Assembly: GCA_977016875.1 (NCBI GenBank)
Contig: CDRNST010000045.1
Location: forward strand, 930,001 to 994,000
DNA length: 64,000 bases
DNA from: Pavona decussata
Lineage: Eukaryota
Direction of reading: 5' to 3'
Positions 25,001 to 39,200 of this stretch are shown in pieces (the stretch's first letter is position 1; each line of letters opens with the position of its first letter). The notes below the pieces were generated by a model. That model saw only the letters and a list, made by a program, of their open reading frames with translations, had not been told where the DNA came from and ran no database searches. A program made the translations under genes and the position numbers.

Positions 25001-26839
25001 GTTGTGCTGCTAGCACCAAGGACACAAATGGTGGTTCATAGAATTACCTCTGTGTAAGTGTAAGTAGCGTATGAAGTAAAAGTGCTAAATGAACCCATGA
25101 AAATATATACTGTATGTTGATGCCCTGCTGAAGAAATGTGCACAAGGTAAAGAAAAAATCTTTGACCTCAACAGGAATCAAATTGAATTGAACATTTTTT
25201 TATGGGTTCATGTAGCACTTTCACTTACACTGCAGTGTGAATTCTCTGTACCACTATTTGCATCCTTTACTTTGCCTAGCAATACAACATTCATTTGTAC
25301 CCTTCACCTTCATATCCCGCAATTACCGCCATAATGCTCCTGTCTTGCCTTGTAGCTTACTTAGTAGAGCAATGCATGATTAAATCTGGAGGTTGAGGGT
25401 TTGATTATTGTTGAGATCTTAGTGTTATCTCCCATTTCCTCACTTAAGGGCTAATGCTCAGTAGGAAGTTTCATAGGTTCATACAGTGAACAGTGTTTGC
25501 TACTTCATAGTAGGAAAAAACAGGTACATTCTTTAAAACAGGAAAAGACATGTGAAAATGTTTGCTGTTAGATTTCAGAAAGTATTTAACTTCCTTTTTC
25601 AAGTATATGCTGGTTTGAAAGATGCTCATGGACATCTTATTTTAGAACAACAGCCTTACTGGTCTTTGTTGCTTAGCAAGTGGTCTGAGCTCCAAAGTAA
25701 TGGTTTAACTGTTATTTTTAACAGGGGCTCTCCAAGATATGTTCCTGACACATTTGTTCCTTTGCAAGACTTGCCATTAAAACCAAGGTAACTGACTTAT
25801 AACTGGACTTCATTGGCTTTACTTCAATCAGATCTTTCTCTGTAAAGTAATTGATTGAATATTACAGTCAATCCACATCATGTGTGACCAGTATTTTTGA
25901 AATTTGAACAGAGTTTTGAAATTACAAGTCAGTTTATTGGCTAGTTTATTGGCAGTATAAAGCTATGAATTTTTCTTTACATATTTACAGCATTTTAGTA
26001 TAATTTTCAAGAGTAACAATAATTATTTCTATTTATTGTTTCCCAAGTATTTTGAATCTTTTTTTTAGTTAGTGCGTCCTTTTCGGAAAGATTTCCAGAG
26101 AAATGTTCAAGATTCCATTCAAATGCCGAACATTACAAAGAGGAATTGGAATGTTCATTTTATTTTCGGAAATACTGGCCACACCTGGCATAGACTAACT
26201 GTAATATACTCAATAAAAGTTATTTACTTTACCTACTTTTTTTGCTTCTCCTTAATGGAGGAAGAAACTGTACGGATTGGGAATGTGAACTCTATTGATT
26301 GTTACTGTGCCTTTCAATAACATAGACTGAGAAGTTCAAGATTCAACCAGACATATGTTTTTCATTGCCTTCAATCAGACCTCTTAGAAAATGAAGTTGT
26401 TTGGTTCATCAGAGTCAAGGTCACATTCAGTTGCTGTGATTGGTGGATTTTGACCCACTTACTCATGGTTGGTTAAGGCCCATTTAAACGATTTCAACAT
26501 TTGCTTCAACGTGCATTCAACACTTTGTTGACAGAAGCAAATGTTGGGGGTGCTTGAACTGTGGTCGTTCAACATTGTTGAAAGTGCAAAAAAATGTTGA
26601 AAGCTCTTTTAAGTGTGTTGAATAAAATTTAAATTGGTTTAAACTTTCACTCAACATCCCTTCAACATTTCCTTTATTCTTATAATAAAAATGTTGATCG
26701 GCGTTGAAGCCGTTTGAACACTCTGATCATCCAACATTTGACCAACATCCATTCAACTTTTGTTGAATGAATGTTGGTCAAATGTTGGAACCGTTTAAAT
26801 GGACCTTTACTGTGTTTTCGTGGTCAGTTGATTGTCTCC

Positions 26840-26900
<61 letters not shown>

Positions 26901-27275
26901 GTTCAGAAAGTTTGCATGTAAAACCGACTTGATAATATTAAGGGATTGAACTGATAATTTTTTACCTATGACTGGAAAATTGTAGCAAACAGATGTTGTG
27001 CATACAAATATCTGTGCTTTATTTATTGAAAGTGTTGGACCCTGATCATTCACATAAAACTGACTTTGTTTGTTCCTCAAAAAGCAAAATAACAACACAA
27101 AGTATTTTTATTTGTTTGAGCATGAATGTATCCTTTTTTTGTCAGGGTATCATTTGAGGAGAAGGAGAAAATAAAGCTGAGAAGACAAGTAATAGATGAG
27201 GTGAAAAATCTGGATAACTGGCGACCTGCTGATCCTCTAACACCAGTTATGCAGCTCCCAGGAACGCATGGATAA
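16035..27275 (+). CDS. SPATS1: Spermatogenesis-associated serine-rich protein 1-like, 7 coding exons, 271 aa
   Basis: Exons: 16035-16071, 16659-16800, 16997-17145, 24079-24255, 24817-24934, 25725-25787, 27146-27275. GT-AG, phases consistent, 816 nt. C-terminal half (VGAKKKVFDQRNGLPAASLGDKSYLVPEYSSEFHNQGSTRPVINFG..DTFVPLQDLP..FEEKEK..EVKNLDNWRPA) matches the conserved SPATS1 C-terminal pattern as I recall it (RNGIP..GD..Y..PE.S..FH..GS..P.VNF..DTFIPL..LP..LDNW.PA). Confidence 0.85.
18130..19747. mobile_element. non-autonomous Mutator/MULE element nested in the EnSpm element
   Basis: Long TIRs starting GGCATGTACTAAAACCAGGAACACC (left ~18130-18358, right ~19600-19747) with internal CCGGAACA(CN) repeats. 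Perfect 9-bp TSD TAAAAGATA (18121-18129 / 19748-19756). Confidence 0.9.
18505..19265 (+). pseudogene. Penelope-like retroelement reverse-transcriptase fragment inside the MULE
   Basis: YLQTHGTAVGTKMAVAFANIFM..WKRFIDDIF (YxDD-type motif)..IKFTAEISE..FLG..YKPTETFQYTHY.S..P..VKRGFIQGEALRLLRTNS..F..RL...GYP. Several frameshifts. Confidence 0.85.
24988..25301. repeat. ~310 bp imperfect inverted repeat in SPATS1 intron 5
   Basis: Outer arms GGTACAAATGAATGTTGT / ACAACATTCATTTGTACC; inner arms AAAGTGCTAAATGAACCCAT / ATGGGTTCATGTAGCACTTT. Confidence 0.7.
26073..26193 (+). other. candidate alternative terminal exon of SPATS1 (diverged duplicate of the last exon)
   Basis: Acceptor TTTTTTTTAGTTAG; phase-2 compatible with exon 6. 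Reads (S)ASFSERFPEKCSRFHSNAEHYKEELECSFYFRKYWPHLA*; AATAAA at 26212. Downstream 26300-26445 is homologous to the 3' region 27505-27665. Confidence 0.45.
26476..26806. mobile_element. PIF/Harbinger-type MITE
   Basis: TIRs AGGCCCATTTAAACG / CGTTTAAATGGACCT, TTA TSD on both sides, internal TTCAACA/TGTTGAA repeats. Confidence 0.85.
26840..26900. repeat. (AAT)n microsatellite
   Basis: Uninterrupted AAT run. Confidence 0.95.
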
Positions 27276-29039
27276 CATTTACAGATTTTAGTGAAAATTG
27301 AATTACTGATAGATAATTAAATAATTTCCCATTCAAGTTCTATTTATCAACAATATTTTATCTCAGCCTGGATTCTGAGGATTATTTTTAATTAGTTCAT
27401 CTAGGTATTCATATTAACTTGTTTTTTTTTTTTTTTCCTTGCACTTCCTTATTTGGAATATTTAATGATTATATATGCCTGTACTATTAATGAAGATGTT
27501 TTGCTTACTGTGCCTTTCAACAACATTTGAACTCTAGAGTTAAGATTCAACCGACCATTATGTTTTTCAGTTTATCACTGTATCAGATCTCTTAAGAAAA
27601 GAGGCATTTTTCTAATATTAACACTGGTCAGGGTCAAAATGCCACACTTGTATGTTGTAGTTGGTTCAATCCACTTTTGTGTGGCTATAGTGTGCACATC
27701 TGTCTCCTCCCCCTAAAAAAATTATGCACGTTTTTTGAGAGAAGGAGTCAGATGTGCACAGACTATATTTCTGAGACCTGTCATTAAATGATGTAACTGT
27801 GATATTTGACAGCAACTTAAAAGTGCAAATAATTTTTTTTTTGGTTTGGTTTTGAAGTGACCAGAGTTTGCATGTTATTAAATTAATGGTGTACTTCAAA
27901 CAATGCAAATTAAATTTTCCCAAGGGAAAAACCTAATCCACTACCTTTTTTCAAAAAAAGAACACTGATTAGAAACAGTTAAAAATTGGTGTGTATATTT
28001 TTAAACATTTTCAATTTTTACAAATCTTACGAGTGCACAATGATATTTGATACATACATGTATTTTCGTGTGTAATAAATAGTCTTTAAAAAATTCAGCC
28101 ATATATTTTTAATGAACACATTCTTACGCAATGCTGTACATAGGATGATAAAGACATTTTGTACAAAATTTCTGTTCTCAAAATAAAACATGCAATTGAT
28201 TTGTAATTTTGACTCTTGAGTATACAGACTGGTATTTTTATGTATTTTAAATGCATATAGACATAGTTGTCAAGAGCAAATTTGTTAACATGAAGGTAAT
28301 TTGTCACAATAAAAATTACTGCTGAATGCTTTGTGGGACTAATTGCTGCATGTAGAATCCATGTTACATGTTGCAACTATTATCTCACACTTTTTGCACA
28401 ATAAAGTCTACTTTTCCAACAATTTAAAATACAATTTTTCTAGCAAAATCAATCTTGCATAATGTACGATGGAAAAAAATTGTGCCATTTAACAATGCTT
28501 TAAGTCGCTTATGTCTAAATAATTATAAGGCTAGGCCATACTGGCTGCGCATGCTTTGATTAGACACTGAGCCTTTACTTGTAATTACCTTCTAAAACGG
28601 AGGAAATCAGATCACAACGGCTAACTTCACAGTGTGCAGTTATGAAATCAATGCAGTGTCAAATTTCTTAATTGACTCTTCAAGAAACTTTCCATTTAAT
28701 TTGGTACATAATTAGGACAGTGCCTCCTTTGGATACTTAACACACAGTCATTGATGTGCATCTTGAGATGGTTTTGAGAAACTGATTTCTTAAGGACAGT
28801 GTCTAACAATTCAAAGGTATTTTTGCATGGTTTATGACTGTGAGATGGAAGAACTTAACAAGGGTTATTGAAATCCAGAAAGTAACTTGGGGGTAACCAT
28901 CCGTTTTTCAGAGATAATTAGGTGTCAATTTGGGAAAAAATTGCATGCAGATCATTTTATACTTCAGAGCTACTAATTTTAGAATTATTGAGAATAAATA
29001 AAAAATAAAATAAATACCGGTAGGAATTTCAGTGGAATC

Positions 29040-29243
29040 CACGGAGTGGCTCTTCTCTCCACTGTTTCTAGGTCGAATTGGAATTTAGAAATGTTGGTTT
29101 TTGTGGAGGGAGGAAAACCAGAGTACCTGGAGAAAAATCCTCGGAGCAGGGACGAGAACCAACAACAAACTCAACCCACATATGACCTCAAGTCCGGGAA
29201 TCGAACCCGGGCCACATTGGTGGGAAGCGAGTGCTCTCACCAC
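29040..29243 (-). mobile_element. tRNA-derived SINE with V-domain-like core (fragment also at ~18380-18497)
   Basis: Minus strand reads AGTGGTGAGAGCACTCGC..GGTTCGATTCCCGG (B box), then ..GGTACTCTGGTTTTCCTCCC.. body. Confidence 0.7.
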
Positions 29244-29580
29244 TATTCAGTAAGTGACACTATACAGGCATACTCGGAAAAAAATCTGAGTGCTCCTATC
29301 ACTGGAGTCGAACCTAAGACCTTCCGATTGGTAAAAATTGCATGCAGATCATTTTATACTTCAGAGCTACTAATTTTAGAATTATTGAGAATGATGTGTT
29401 ATTCAGTAAGTGACACTATACAGGCATACTCGGAAAAAAATCTGAGTGCTCCTATCACTGGAGTCGAACCTAAGACCTTCCGATTAGTAGTTCGGATGCT
29501 CTACCACTGAGCTGCAGGAAACTCGTGGGAGCTAAGGCCATGAGACAAACATCCTGTACACGGCTAGGATTGGAATGTCA
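29244..29580 (-). mobile_element. second tRNA-derived SINE family, locally duplicated
   Basis: Minus strand reads GCTCAGTGGTAGAGCATCCGAACTACTAATCGGAAGGTCTTAGGTTCGACTCC. Segments 29244-29330 and 29400-29485 are duplicates, as are 28936-28995 and 29333-29392. Confidence 0.65.
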
Positions 29581-30258
29581 ATGATGTGTGGCATATGCGC
29601 AATGCAATAAAATTTATTAGAATTATTGTTGCTTAAGTATCAATTGGTATTATTTAGGATGCACTGTCCGTAAGAGCACATGTGTTTATACAAGACCTTT
29701 CTTCCAGTGGTTGCTTTTAAAATTGCAATATCATATTGTTTAGTCATGAAGTAGCAGAAGATACAAATTTAGCTCATATTATCATTTTAGCTCTTGCAAC
29801 CAAAACATATCTCAGTGAAAACAAAACATATTTGCATGACCCTTCCATGACAAAATGGCACAAATTTATGCCAATTTCTGACAATAAATAGTGTTGAAAA
29901 TAATTTTCAATGGGTATAAAAATAATTATAGAGATAATATCATACTCTTGTTTAAAATACATCACTACAGTATTCCATCATCTGGGTAAAAAATTTCCTT
30001 CCAAATATTTGCAAAGTATAAATTAAGCAATATTTAAGTACCCGGTGATCAAAAATTAATATGATAGTATCGATCAATGCTGGTCCGCGCCATTATTTGA
30101 GCTTTTAAATTCAGATGGTTACATATGCATGAAGCTATACTGACCAATTTATAGTAAGTAGAGCTTTCAATTTGGCAGCTCTCACTAATTTTCATAACTT
30201 AACACAAAATAATTTTATTTTAAAAATCCTGGGTATAATCAACGTTGTGCTTGATTCC

Positions 30259-33200
30259 TCACGTAACCTTCTTGAGGTTCCCTATGGACACAAAGAAATG
30301 AATTAACATGCTATTAATACCAAATTAAAGAAGAGTAGGCCTAGGTTGAGAACAAAAGTGTGCTTATAGAGGATTTTTAGGGGTCAAGAAATTGAGAAAA
30401 AAAAATTGCTCCAAGTTAGCTGTTGCTTTTGTATGTACTTATAAACTGTAGTTTGGCTTTTACATTAGAGAAATTTAGCTTCGCGTTTACGGCTAACGCC
30501 AAACGGGAAACGTCAAGCCGCTGTTTGTTCTAAAATGCATAAACTTGTGTTTCTCACACTCACTTCTCTCTTTTTCTTGTTTGCTCGATAGCTGTCGCCG
30601 ACTGGGTGGAGATAAGCTTAAACCAAAAAAGCTTCATTGTTTTTCATCAAAGAGAAAATTTCAGCCTGGCGTTTGCCGTTTGCCATAAACGCGATGCAAA
30701 ATCTCTTTATAATTTGTAAGTTTTCTACCCTAAGGGTTTTGCCACAACCAGCCACTCCCGAATTCCAGCCTTAAAAAGATTAAAGAGGCAGCATGTCGTG
30801 CTGCAACAAATAATATGAGTTATACATTCACCTACTTATAATATAGTTACTACCTGATATAGTGTTGAGGAGATTGATGAGGTATTCTTTAGTGTTCATA
30901 TCTTTCCTTCTTCCAGGTGGAATATCAAGCTGGTAGTCTGGTCCATAAGCCAGGAAATACTGCACATGGACAAATAAGTAATTTAAGTGAACGAACATTG
31001 ATTACAAACACCTCCACAATCTGAGAGGAACGGTCTATCAAAAATGAAGAGTCTCGTAAAGATATAAACTGAATCTCTAATTCTCCCAAAGGCAATTTTA
31101 AGTTTGGACTTTTAAATTTGGACTATCTCGAGGTCTTGAATTTCAACTTGAGTCTCAAAGTCTCACAAATTGTTGAGCAAGAAAAGAAAGAATAATATTC
31201 TAGTCTATTTCTGTTAGTAGCAGTGAACAACAAACACATGCTTGAAGAATGACAACCTTGTTTTTGGTACTATCCACTTGAAAATCATCCAACACTCAGA
31301 AACTCAGATCAGGGCTCAAAAATTATGGAAACAATGAAGTCTCAGTCTCAGATTTTAAAACAGGGGTCTTGCAGTCTTGCAAAGCCTCGGATTTACCGTT
31401 CTTTACCCCTAAGCTGGTTCCTCTATTGATTAATTTCTCCATCAGAGAGAAAACTTCAAGTTTACTAAACAGTAAAACCAACCAAAGCAATAAAGATTAC
31501 TTTCAGGGAATTTAAAAAGCCATACCAGTTGTATCTGTTGACATTGGACTTACCTCATGCTCTGGGATGTCAGGAGAAAGTGGTTGATTACTTATCACAC
31601 CAGTCAAGTATGTCCAACACCTTGCAGCATTTTTTACATTGTACCCACCTGAAAAAAGACAATTTTCCATAATTCAACCAATTACCTTGATCAGATTGGC
31701 ACTCTGGAAGATCAGTTGATCTAGTTTGTCAAGTTAAATTCTGTCTGGCTTACCTTGAAGGGATGAAGACATCACCAGTGGTTTCATGTCGAGATCAGTG
31801 GGCCATTTTTTTCATTTGAATTTGCTCAAAGGGGTGTCTGAATTTTTGCATATGGCCTTATATTATTTTAGTCAGAGAACAATTTGCTCTGTGTTTGCTT
31901 AATACAGTTAGTTTTTGAAAACGAAAAAAAAGAGGCCAAGGTATTGAGTCAGCGAAAAAACAACAGCAAACCAAAAGCAGAAAAACACTGTCACTTTCGA
32001 GTGAAAAAACACAAAGTGATATTCTGTGATTAAACTGATGGTCACATGCCATAATTCGGGGACTTTTGAGTGAAATGAAAAATAAACCTAAAATGAAATA
32101 AAGTTAACTCGCCGTTATGGCTCAATTTGCTCTTCAATTCCATTGCTGACAAACCCCCACTAAACTGAGCCATCAGGCCTATAATGCCCAGGGACCTCTT
32201 ACACAGACTTATAACTACAAGAAATTAATAAATTATTCCCTCCCCCCACTCCAAAGTGATAGTTGAAATTGTGACATGAGGTATACATGTATCTTGCAGA
32301 GATTCTCCTCATTCCCAGTGTTAATCAATCCTTCAATTTTTGGCAAATTATTCTAAATTCCTGGAAAACTTATATAAAACACTCATGAAGAATGAATACA
32401 TTTTTCACTCACCTCCGCCAAGCAGCAAAACTGGTAAGTTCCACTCCATGAGGTATCTAACACACTCGCCAATGCTGTGTTGCGTGAGATTGAAAGAGGC
32501 CATAGGATCACCAGCCAGTGTGTCAACTCCACACTGACAAACTACTGCATTTGGCTTGAACTTCTGTTTTACCTCTGACATCACCCTGTAGACAGGAATC
32601 AATACAAGCACACAATTATGGATTGAAAATACACTGGACTTCAAATCAACCTACATGTACCCTTGAATTCCACAGATTCTATTCTACTAGAATTCTTTTA
32701 AAGTATAGCTATTGAACTTTCAGTTTTGGTGGGCCATTACTTATTTTAACCTTTTTTTAAACCCTGATGGTTACCAATACCTTACTTCTCCTTACTATCT
32801 TTCTTCACCCTGCTTTCCTTTGGCTAACACGAGAAAAAAAATTGTGTGCCCCTTTGTTACAAGCTCAATTAACGGTGGATAAACTGTAGGTAACTTCGTA
32901 AACTTGAAATATCAGATTTGTTGATCGCCAATTTACCGGTATTTCAAAATTTGGCTACATTGTATACATTACGCATGTTTATTGACAATGACTTCAAAAG
33001 AGACAGTCACACTAACCTGGAAAATGTTTGTATAAAAGGTTTGTCAGTTATTCCATCTTTAAGTGGTACATTGACAGTGTAATACTTTCCTTTGCCTTCT
33101 CCAACATCCAAACTGGATCCTGTACCTATCAAATATTAAACAATGCTATATATTAAACCAGTCACACCCACAGTAAGGTGGATTTTTCAGACATCATGAA

Positions 33201-36200
33201 CAATTTGTGACCTTGCATGGCCTTTCATTCCGTCATGTTTGTTTTTCAGTTTTTATAAGTGCAATGAATTTATTCCTCACGAAGCGAGGTTAATAAATTT
33301 GTCTGGCCGAAGGCCTGAGCGGAGCTAAGCCACGCGAATTTGAACGAAAAATATATTTACCTATATCATTGAGGTCTGAACATGTTCATTTATCGAGCAG
33401 TGAAAAATGTTTACTGTTGGTGAAACATGACCAAATTGTGATGTAAATGAACAAAAGGAGGACGCACAAGGTACAAGTTAGAAAGATTTGCCAAGGGAGA
33501 TTAAACTACGAAACTCAGCGCAAGCAGTGAAGAAGAAGGAGACATTAGGAAACCACAGAGCAAAGACCAAAGACAACATCACTTTGAATCAAGTTTGTTT
33601 ACCCAGCCCTAGCTTCGTGAGGTTTTGCGAGTCACGTATTTCTAGTCAATATGATTAGATATACTCTCTCCTTAAATAGTCCTTGGATGAAGAGGAGTAG
33701 AAGGAATCCTCTTTATACAAATACTTATGTTGGAAACTCACACAGTGGTGTGGCTGTATTGTGATTATCCAGTTTCTTAGAATGAGATATAATGAGACAT
33801 GTTAAGTTATTCATTGGCCTGGAGGTCCAATTATTGGGAAAAAGTGGCCTGCCCAAGGGCTTGAATATGTCTGGAGGCTGCAGGCTGAGGGTTGTACTCA
33901 CAGCAGAGGGCACAGTTTTTCCCAGTATGGGCTGACCTAGGCAGGTGTCAATAACATTTTTTTTTTTATTTTTTCCGCAAGAAAGCAAGGTCCAGGTCTT
34001 GGGAAAAAAAAACAAAAAACGATGCAACAGTCATCTGTCCTTGTTCGTTGACAAGATTGAAAAATTCCACCTACTGCTGGAACCAATCAGATTGCATAAT
34101 TTACAGAATTCTGCCCGCTCGCACACAGAGAAAAAAAATTCTTATAAATCTTTGGACAAGATAAAATGAGTAGAAACTGACGAATTTTCTAACATTAATC
34201 ATTCATGTAGGGTACATGTCTTTTAAACAGAAACTAAGAAAAGTAACAAACAAGTAAGGCAAGCTGCATTACCAGGGAAAAATCCTGGAGAAAATTTATG
34301 AAATGACACAGACATCACTTTTGAAGTGAATGAAAAGGCATCCTCAACACCTGGAAATCAATACGAGACAATAATCAATAATAATAAATTATCATCATAC
34401 ATCACAAATTTACAGTGAATTAATTGCACTGCCTGCAACTTGACAAAGTTTTTCTTTTGCGCATTGTAAGTACATGTACTGAAATTTTACCACTTATATA
34501 ATCACATTTTTTAGAAATTCTCTGGCCAAATAGAAGTGTGAAAGGATTGTGGTTGTCAATAAACAACTCCACTTTGCACATAGTACAGACTGTAACCGTG
34601 ATCCCTTCCATGGAGGCTCATCAGAAATTTAGAAAGGCAAGGGGAATCTCAAAAGCGAAAGGTTTCAAGTAAAAGTATACCTGTACATACATAATGTAAA
34701 GCTAATAAAATTAGAATTTACGGAGGGGTAGAGTGGGGACCCAAGCCAAAAAAGACCTTTTGTGAGGGGAAAGGGGGCTATGGAAATTTTCTTCTGGAAC
34801 AACACACTTTGATTGGAAAGTTTGAACAGATCCTCCATTTCAAATTTTTTAAACAAGAGTACAATAAAGTTTTCTCTAACTGTTTTTTCTTTTGCATCAT
34901 GCTAATCATTTCTCTCTTCAAATTTTAGAAAAATTTAAAAGAAAAAAACCTACCATCTCCATGGTGAAGATCAATGTCAATGTAAAGAACTCGGTCAAAC
35001 TTCTCACGCAACTTAAGAATTCCCAAGACAACATCATTAACATAGCAGAAACCAGCTGCCTCGTCCCTAGCAAAGTCAAATATTATATAGCTTCTGTCAG
35101 TATTGAAAATGCAGTTGGCCAATATTGTAATTGACTACATTGGCTCGGAATGTCATTAAATTAGTGGCCACTGCAGCCAGCTATTATATGGCGAAGAACT
35201 ATAGTGAATATACATGTAGCTGGCTAATAACTGAGTGTTTGACAGTGACTAAAACACAACCAGATTGGGTGACTTTCCTTTGTTTAAGACAAGCTACTGT
35301 ACTTGTGAAGGCTGTTTTCCCAGAGCTAATTGAGACCTTAAAGATTCACTAGTATAAGTGTGAATGCAAGTAAAAGTTTTCCCCAATAGAGAAAGAGTGT
35401 GCATGCATGAACAAGTGTCACTTTCAGGGAAAACGAGATAGCCGTCACCATTTTATGATGAGTTTTTTGTGAGAATAGCATAGTGGCAAAAACAAGTCCA
35501 CAAAAAAGTAGGTGATCTCGCCTTTTTGGAATAAGGAAAGGGCTTTGCTGTCCTCATTCAAAACAACTGCTCAAGTTTGTCCTCCACATAGGGTAAAATG
35601 AAGCTTCTTGGGACTCAGGCATCCCGTCTTAGCACTTCGCTAAAAACTTGAAGTCAAATCTTACATACCAGAATCAAAAAGTCTCTAATCCATTGCCCGA
35701 AGGTGACCATGTTTCAACACATATTCCTGATAACCCAAGGGCTTTAGTAGAAGCCAGGACCCAGGCACCAACAACTATTTATACTCTGCATCTGCCTCTC
35801 AAGCATTCAAAAACCGGTCTAAACAAAACAAACTGCTGAGGGGTGCCCTTCTATTGAACATTAAGAACCCTTCTACTCCAAAATTAAAGAAAACTCTGAA
35901 TTAACCAATCACTGTACCTGTGTGCATGGTGCCAGCCACCCTGCCAATTGATTGCTGTGTTACACTCTTGCTTATTCAACATCTCCGCAGCAGTCAGCGT
36001 ACCTCCAGCAACAATAGACATACAGTTGAACAGCTCATCAAACAAAGGACAGTCAAAGCCTGAAGACAGTTAAACGAGATTGTATCATTAACTTATTTTC
36101 AATGTAAATATTGTTCCTATTACTATAAATAAAGATGTATGGAACAGAGAAAAGCCAGGTGCTTGGGAACAGTAGCCTAGGTTACAAGATAAAGTCTTTA

Positions 36201-39200
36201 TTAAATCAGTTACAACATATGTGTGACTTTACAATCCATATACAAGGTGCCTCTGGTTGCCATCTCTGTCCATATGGGATTTAACCCCACCCTCCCAGAC
36301 CAATTATAATACACACAAAGCTGGACTAGACCACAACACCGGGAACTGCATCCCCTACTATTTGCGAACAGTGAGTGGGTTCTTTAACGTCCCACAGAGT
36401 AATATTATGAACAAGGGTTGTGAGACGGGACCAACGGTTTATCGTCCTTATCCGAGAAGACTAGAAAGTCTAACCATTTGCAGATGTCATTACAAAGGCA
36501 GCACTTTCCCCTCAGCTATTAAGATGGTCATATCATTCTCTTTATAACTCATATCCAACCTTCACTCAATTAAGCTTATGATACCGGTACATACATATAT
36601 ATCTTGCAGTGCAATTTTACCCTTGGCTCAATTTATATTTTTCTTTGTTTTATACTCATTATCCTTCATTACCATATACAAAAGCAAAGGAAAATAAAAG
36701 TTGAACCAAGGATAGAATTGAACCACAACATACACAACCTGAACCATGCCATAGCCATCAAGTCACTTTTCATATACCCAGGCCATACTCTGAAGCTGAA
36801 TTCTCTACTTCCTCACAGTCGTCACAATTTGTTACTTGTTCTAAGCATTCAAGGTAGTCCATGGAATGAAATGCTGATAGTTCACGGATTGAGGCACGTC
36901 TTGGTTGAACAACTCTAAATTGAGAAGTTTTCCAAAAAGTTAATGAGTAACTTATGAACAAACTTTTCTTTAACTCACCATGTCATGCAATCTTCCTCAC
37001 ATAGGAAGGAATACATTACGTGAAAAGCCAAAGAACATCTGCATACCTTGTACAAGGCTATGCTCAAGTGTGACAGGTATCAGGTGTTTGCATGCTCAAT
37101 TAAAACTCCCAGTAAAACTCCCACTTCTACTCCCACTTTACAGCTCTTGTAGATCCCAACAATTTCTTTGGTCCTTAAATGTCAATTTTTTGTCAAAGAA
37201 ACACACAGGCTGGTGTTGTCAATCTTATCAATGCAACTAAAGGCACTACAGTGGTATTCAAAGAACCATTTGAAATTTGAACTTGAGGAGACTGGCTTCT
37301 TTTTACATGAAAGCTAGTTTTTTGGACTGTGTAACTGGTAACTTTCAGGGTGGTGATGGTAAAAATCAATTTTGCAGCATGTCTGTTTGAAAATATAATT
37401 ATGATCTCTTTATTCGCTTAAATGTTTTTCTTGGACAAAACTCAAGTTTACCACCATATATGCATGTCAGCAAGACCAGTGTTCGAGGCATGCCATGAAA
37501 AACACCCGAGAAAATGAAGGTGATATATTTTTGCTTTGGAGTGGACACGAATGAGAGTTACGTATTTACTACGATAAGTTCAACTTTTAAGTAATATTTA
37601 ATTGTAGTTCAGAAGCCTTTTGTCGACTATTATTTGCTAGAGTCATAGTTTAACTCTTGCGTCTGATACTGATTGCTGTAAACTTGCTACAGCACAGGAC
37701 AGTTACAGCATCTGGGTGAAGCCTTAAGCCCTGGTCAAACGGCGCATGATAGTTGATGAAAGTTAAAAACTCACACTCTCGTTCGACAACCAACTATCAT
37801 GCAATATCTTTGACTATCATTCACTTTGAGTGTGTTTAAATTCATCTTGATAGTTTTTCTTGTTTGACCACGTATGATAGTTGATGATAGTTTTTCAGTC
37901 AGCCTTTTTTCTCCACCAGCGCTCTCTACCTGTAGATTCACTTTTCATTAGTTCTTCCAACAATTGAAGGAGAGCAAAGCAGGCTGCTGCTCACTTTCGT
38001 CGCCAAAAATTCATCCATGCGAAGTTTACACTCGGCAGCTGCCTGACACCAGAAGCTCACGTCAAATCATCGTCAACTATCACAAGTTTCTTTGAGTCAT
38101 TTGACCACCTGCTTGATAGTTGGCAATAGTTGATGATAGTTTTGACTATCATCAACTGTCTGCACTGTCATGTGCCATTTGACCACGGCTTTAGTCTTAC
38201 TAGAAGAAAAAAGTTATGCTATGTCAATTACATAATCTGCAAAGGGCATAGTCCATCACTGCAATAATGTGAGAGTTTAACCCTTTCCCGTCCAGGAGTG
38301 CCATATGGCACAAGACACAATAATGAGCTCAGTATTTGGTCAATTTGTGTGAAATTTGCACAACCAAAAGATCTTGGAAAGATCTATAAATTGAAGGCAT
38401 AAAATCATGTCCCCCTCCTATATGAGACTTGATTTATCACCCCTCAAACTTTTGGATTTTTTTCCTTTGTACGTTAAGGGTCCAGTTGATATCTTACAAC
38501 AAGCAATGCACTGAGAGCTGTACATTATTATTATTATTATTATTAATAAGCTATAGTTTAAGGGGATACCCAGCATGTACATCGAATAGGAAAATTTTCA
38601 AAGTTTTTCTTCTTTTGTTTTGGACTTTTCTCACTCTAATATGTGACCTCTTCCATCTCTGTTGGTGTGATTTATAGCACACCCCAGAAAATACCTTTAA
38701 AATGGTATATCACATGTGGTCTTCCAGTTCATGGTTAGCGATTTAGAAAATTCGGCATTTCCCTTGGGCAGGAAAGTTAATGAATCAAAGATTACTTGCA
38801 TTTACATCTAGTCTTTACAATTTTTCAGTCATCAAAGCTCTAGCTTTTGTACACGAAAGCTTAATTATGAATTTTTAATCTACCTGTTCTTTTGAACAGG
38901 TAAACCCTTTTAAATGTAAGAAATCGGTTCCCTTTTTTGTAACGGATAACACTGATAACAGAAGACTCAGGTTCTTACAAAGTAATTATCAAAATGTTCT
39001 TCTTTGAGTTAAAAAGGTTGGGGGAGGGGTAAACATCGACAGCGATGAAATTTTAAATGTAAGAGTGGACATAGGTGTCGACATATAAGTCTTATAAGCT
39101 AATACAAGACCATACAACACATACGTGCAGAAATATAAAGCGTAAGACCACAGACGACTACATCTTCCGTAGTTGATACTCTATATTGTGAGGGAAAAGA

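Noticed and set aside
26767-27098. Poly-Asn / poly-Leu ORFs
   Set aside because: Translations of the (AAT)n microsatellite.
29455-29520. tRNA-like sequences here and at ~8930, ~25350 and ~29190
   Set aside because: Only A/B-box heads joined to SINE bodies; no complete cloverleaf with a paired acceptor stem.
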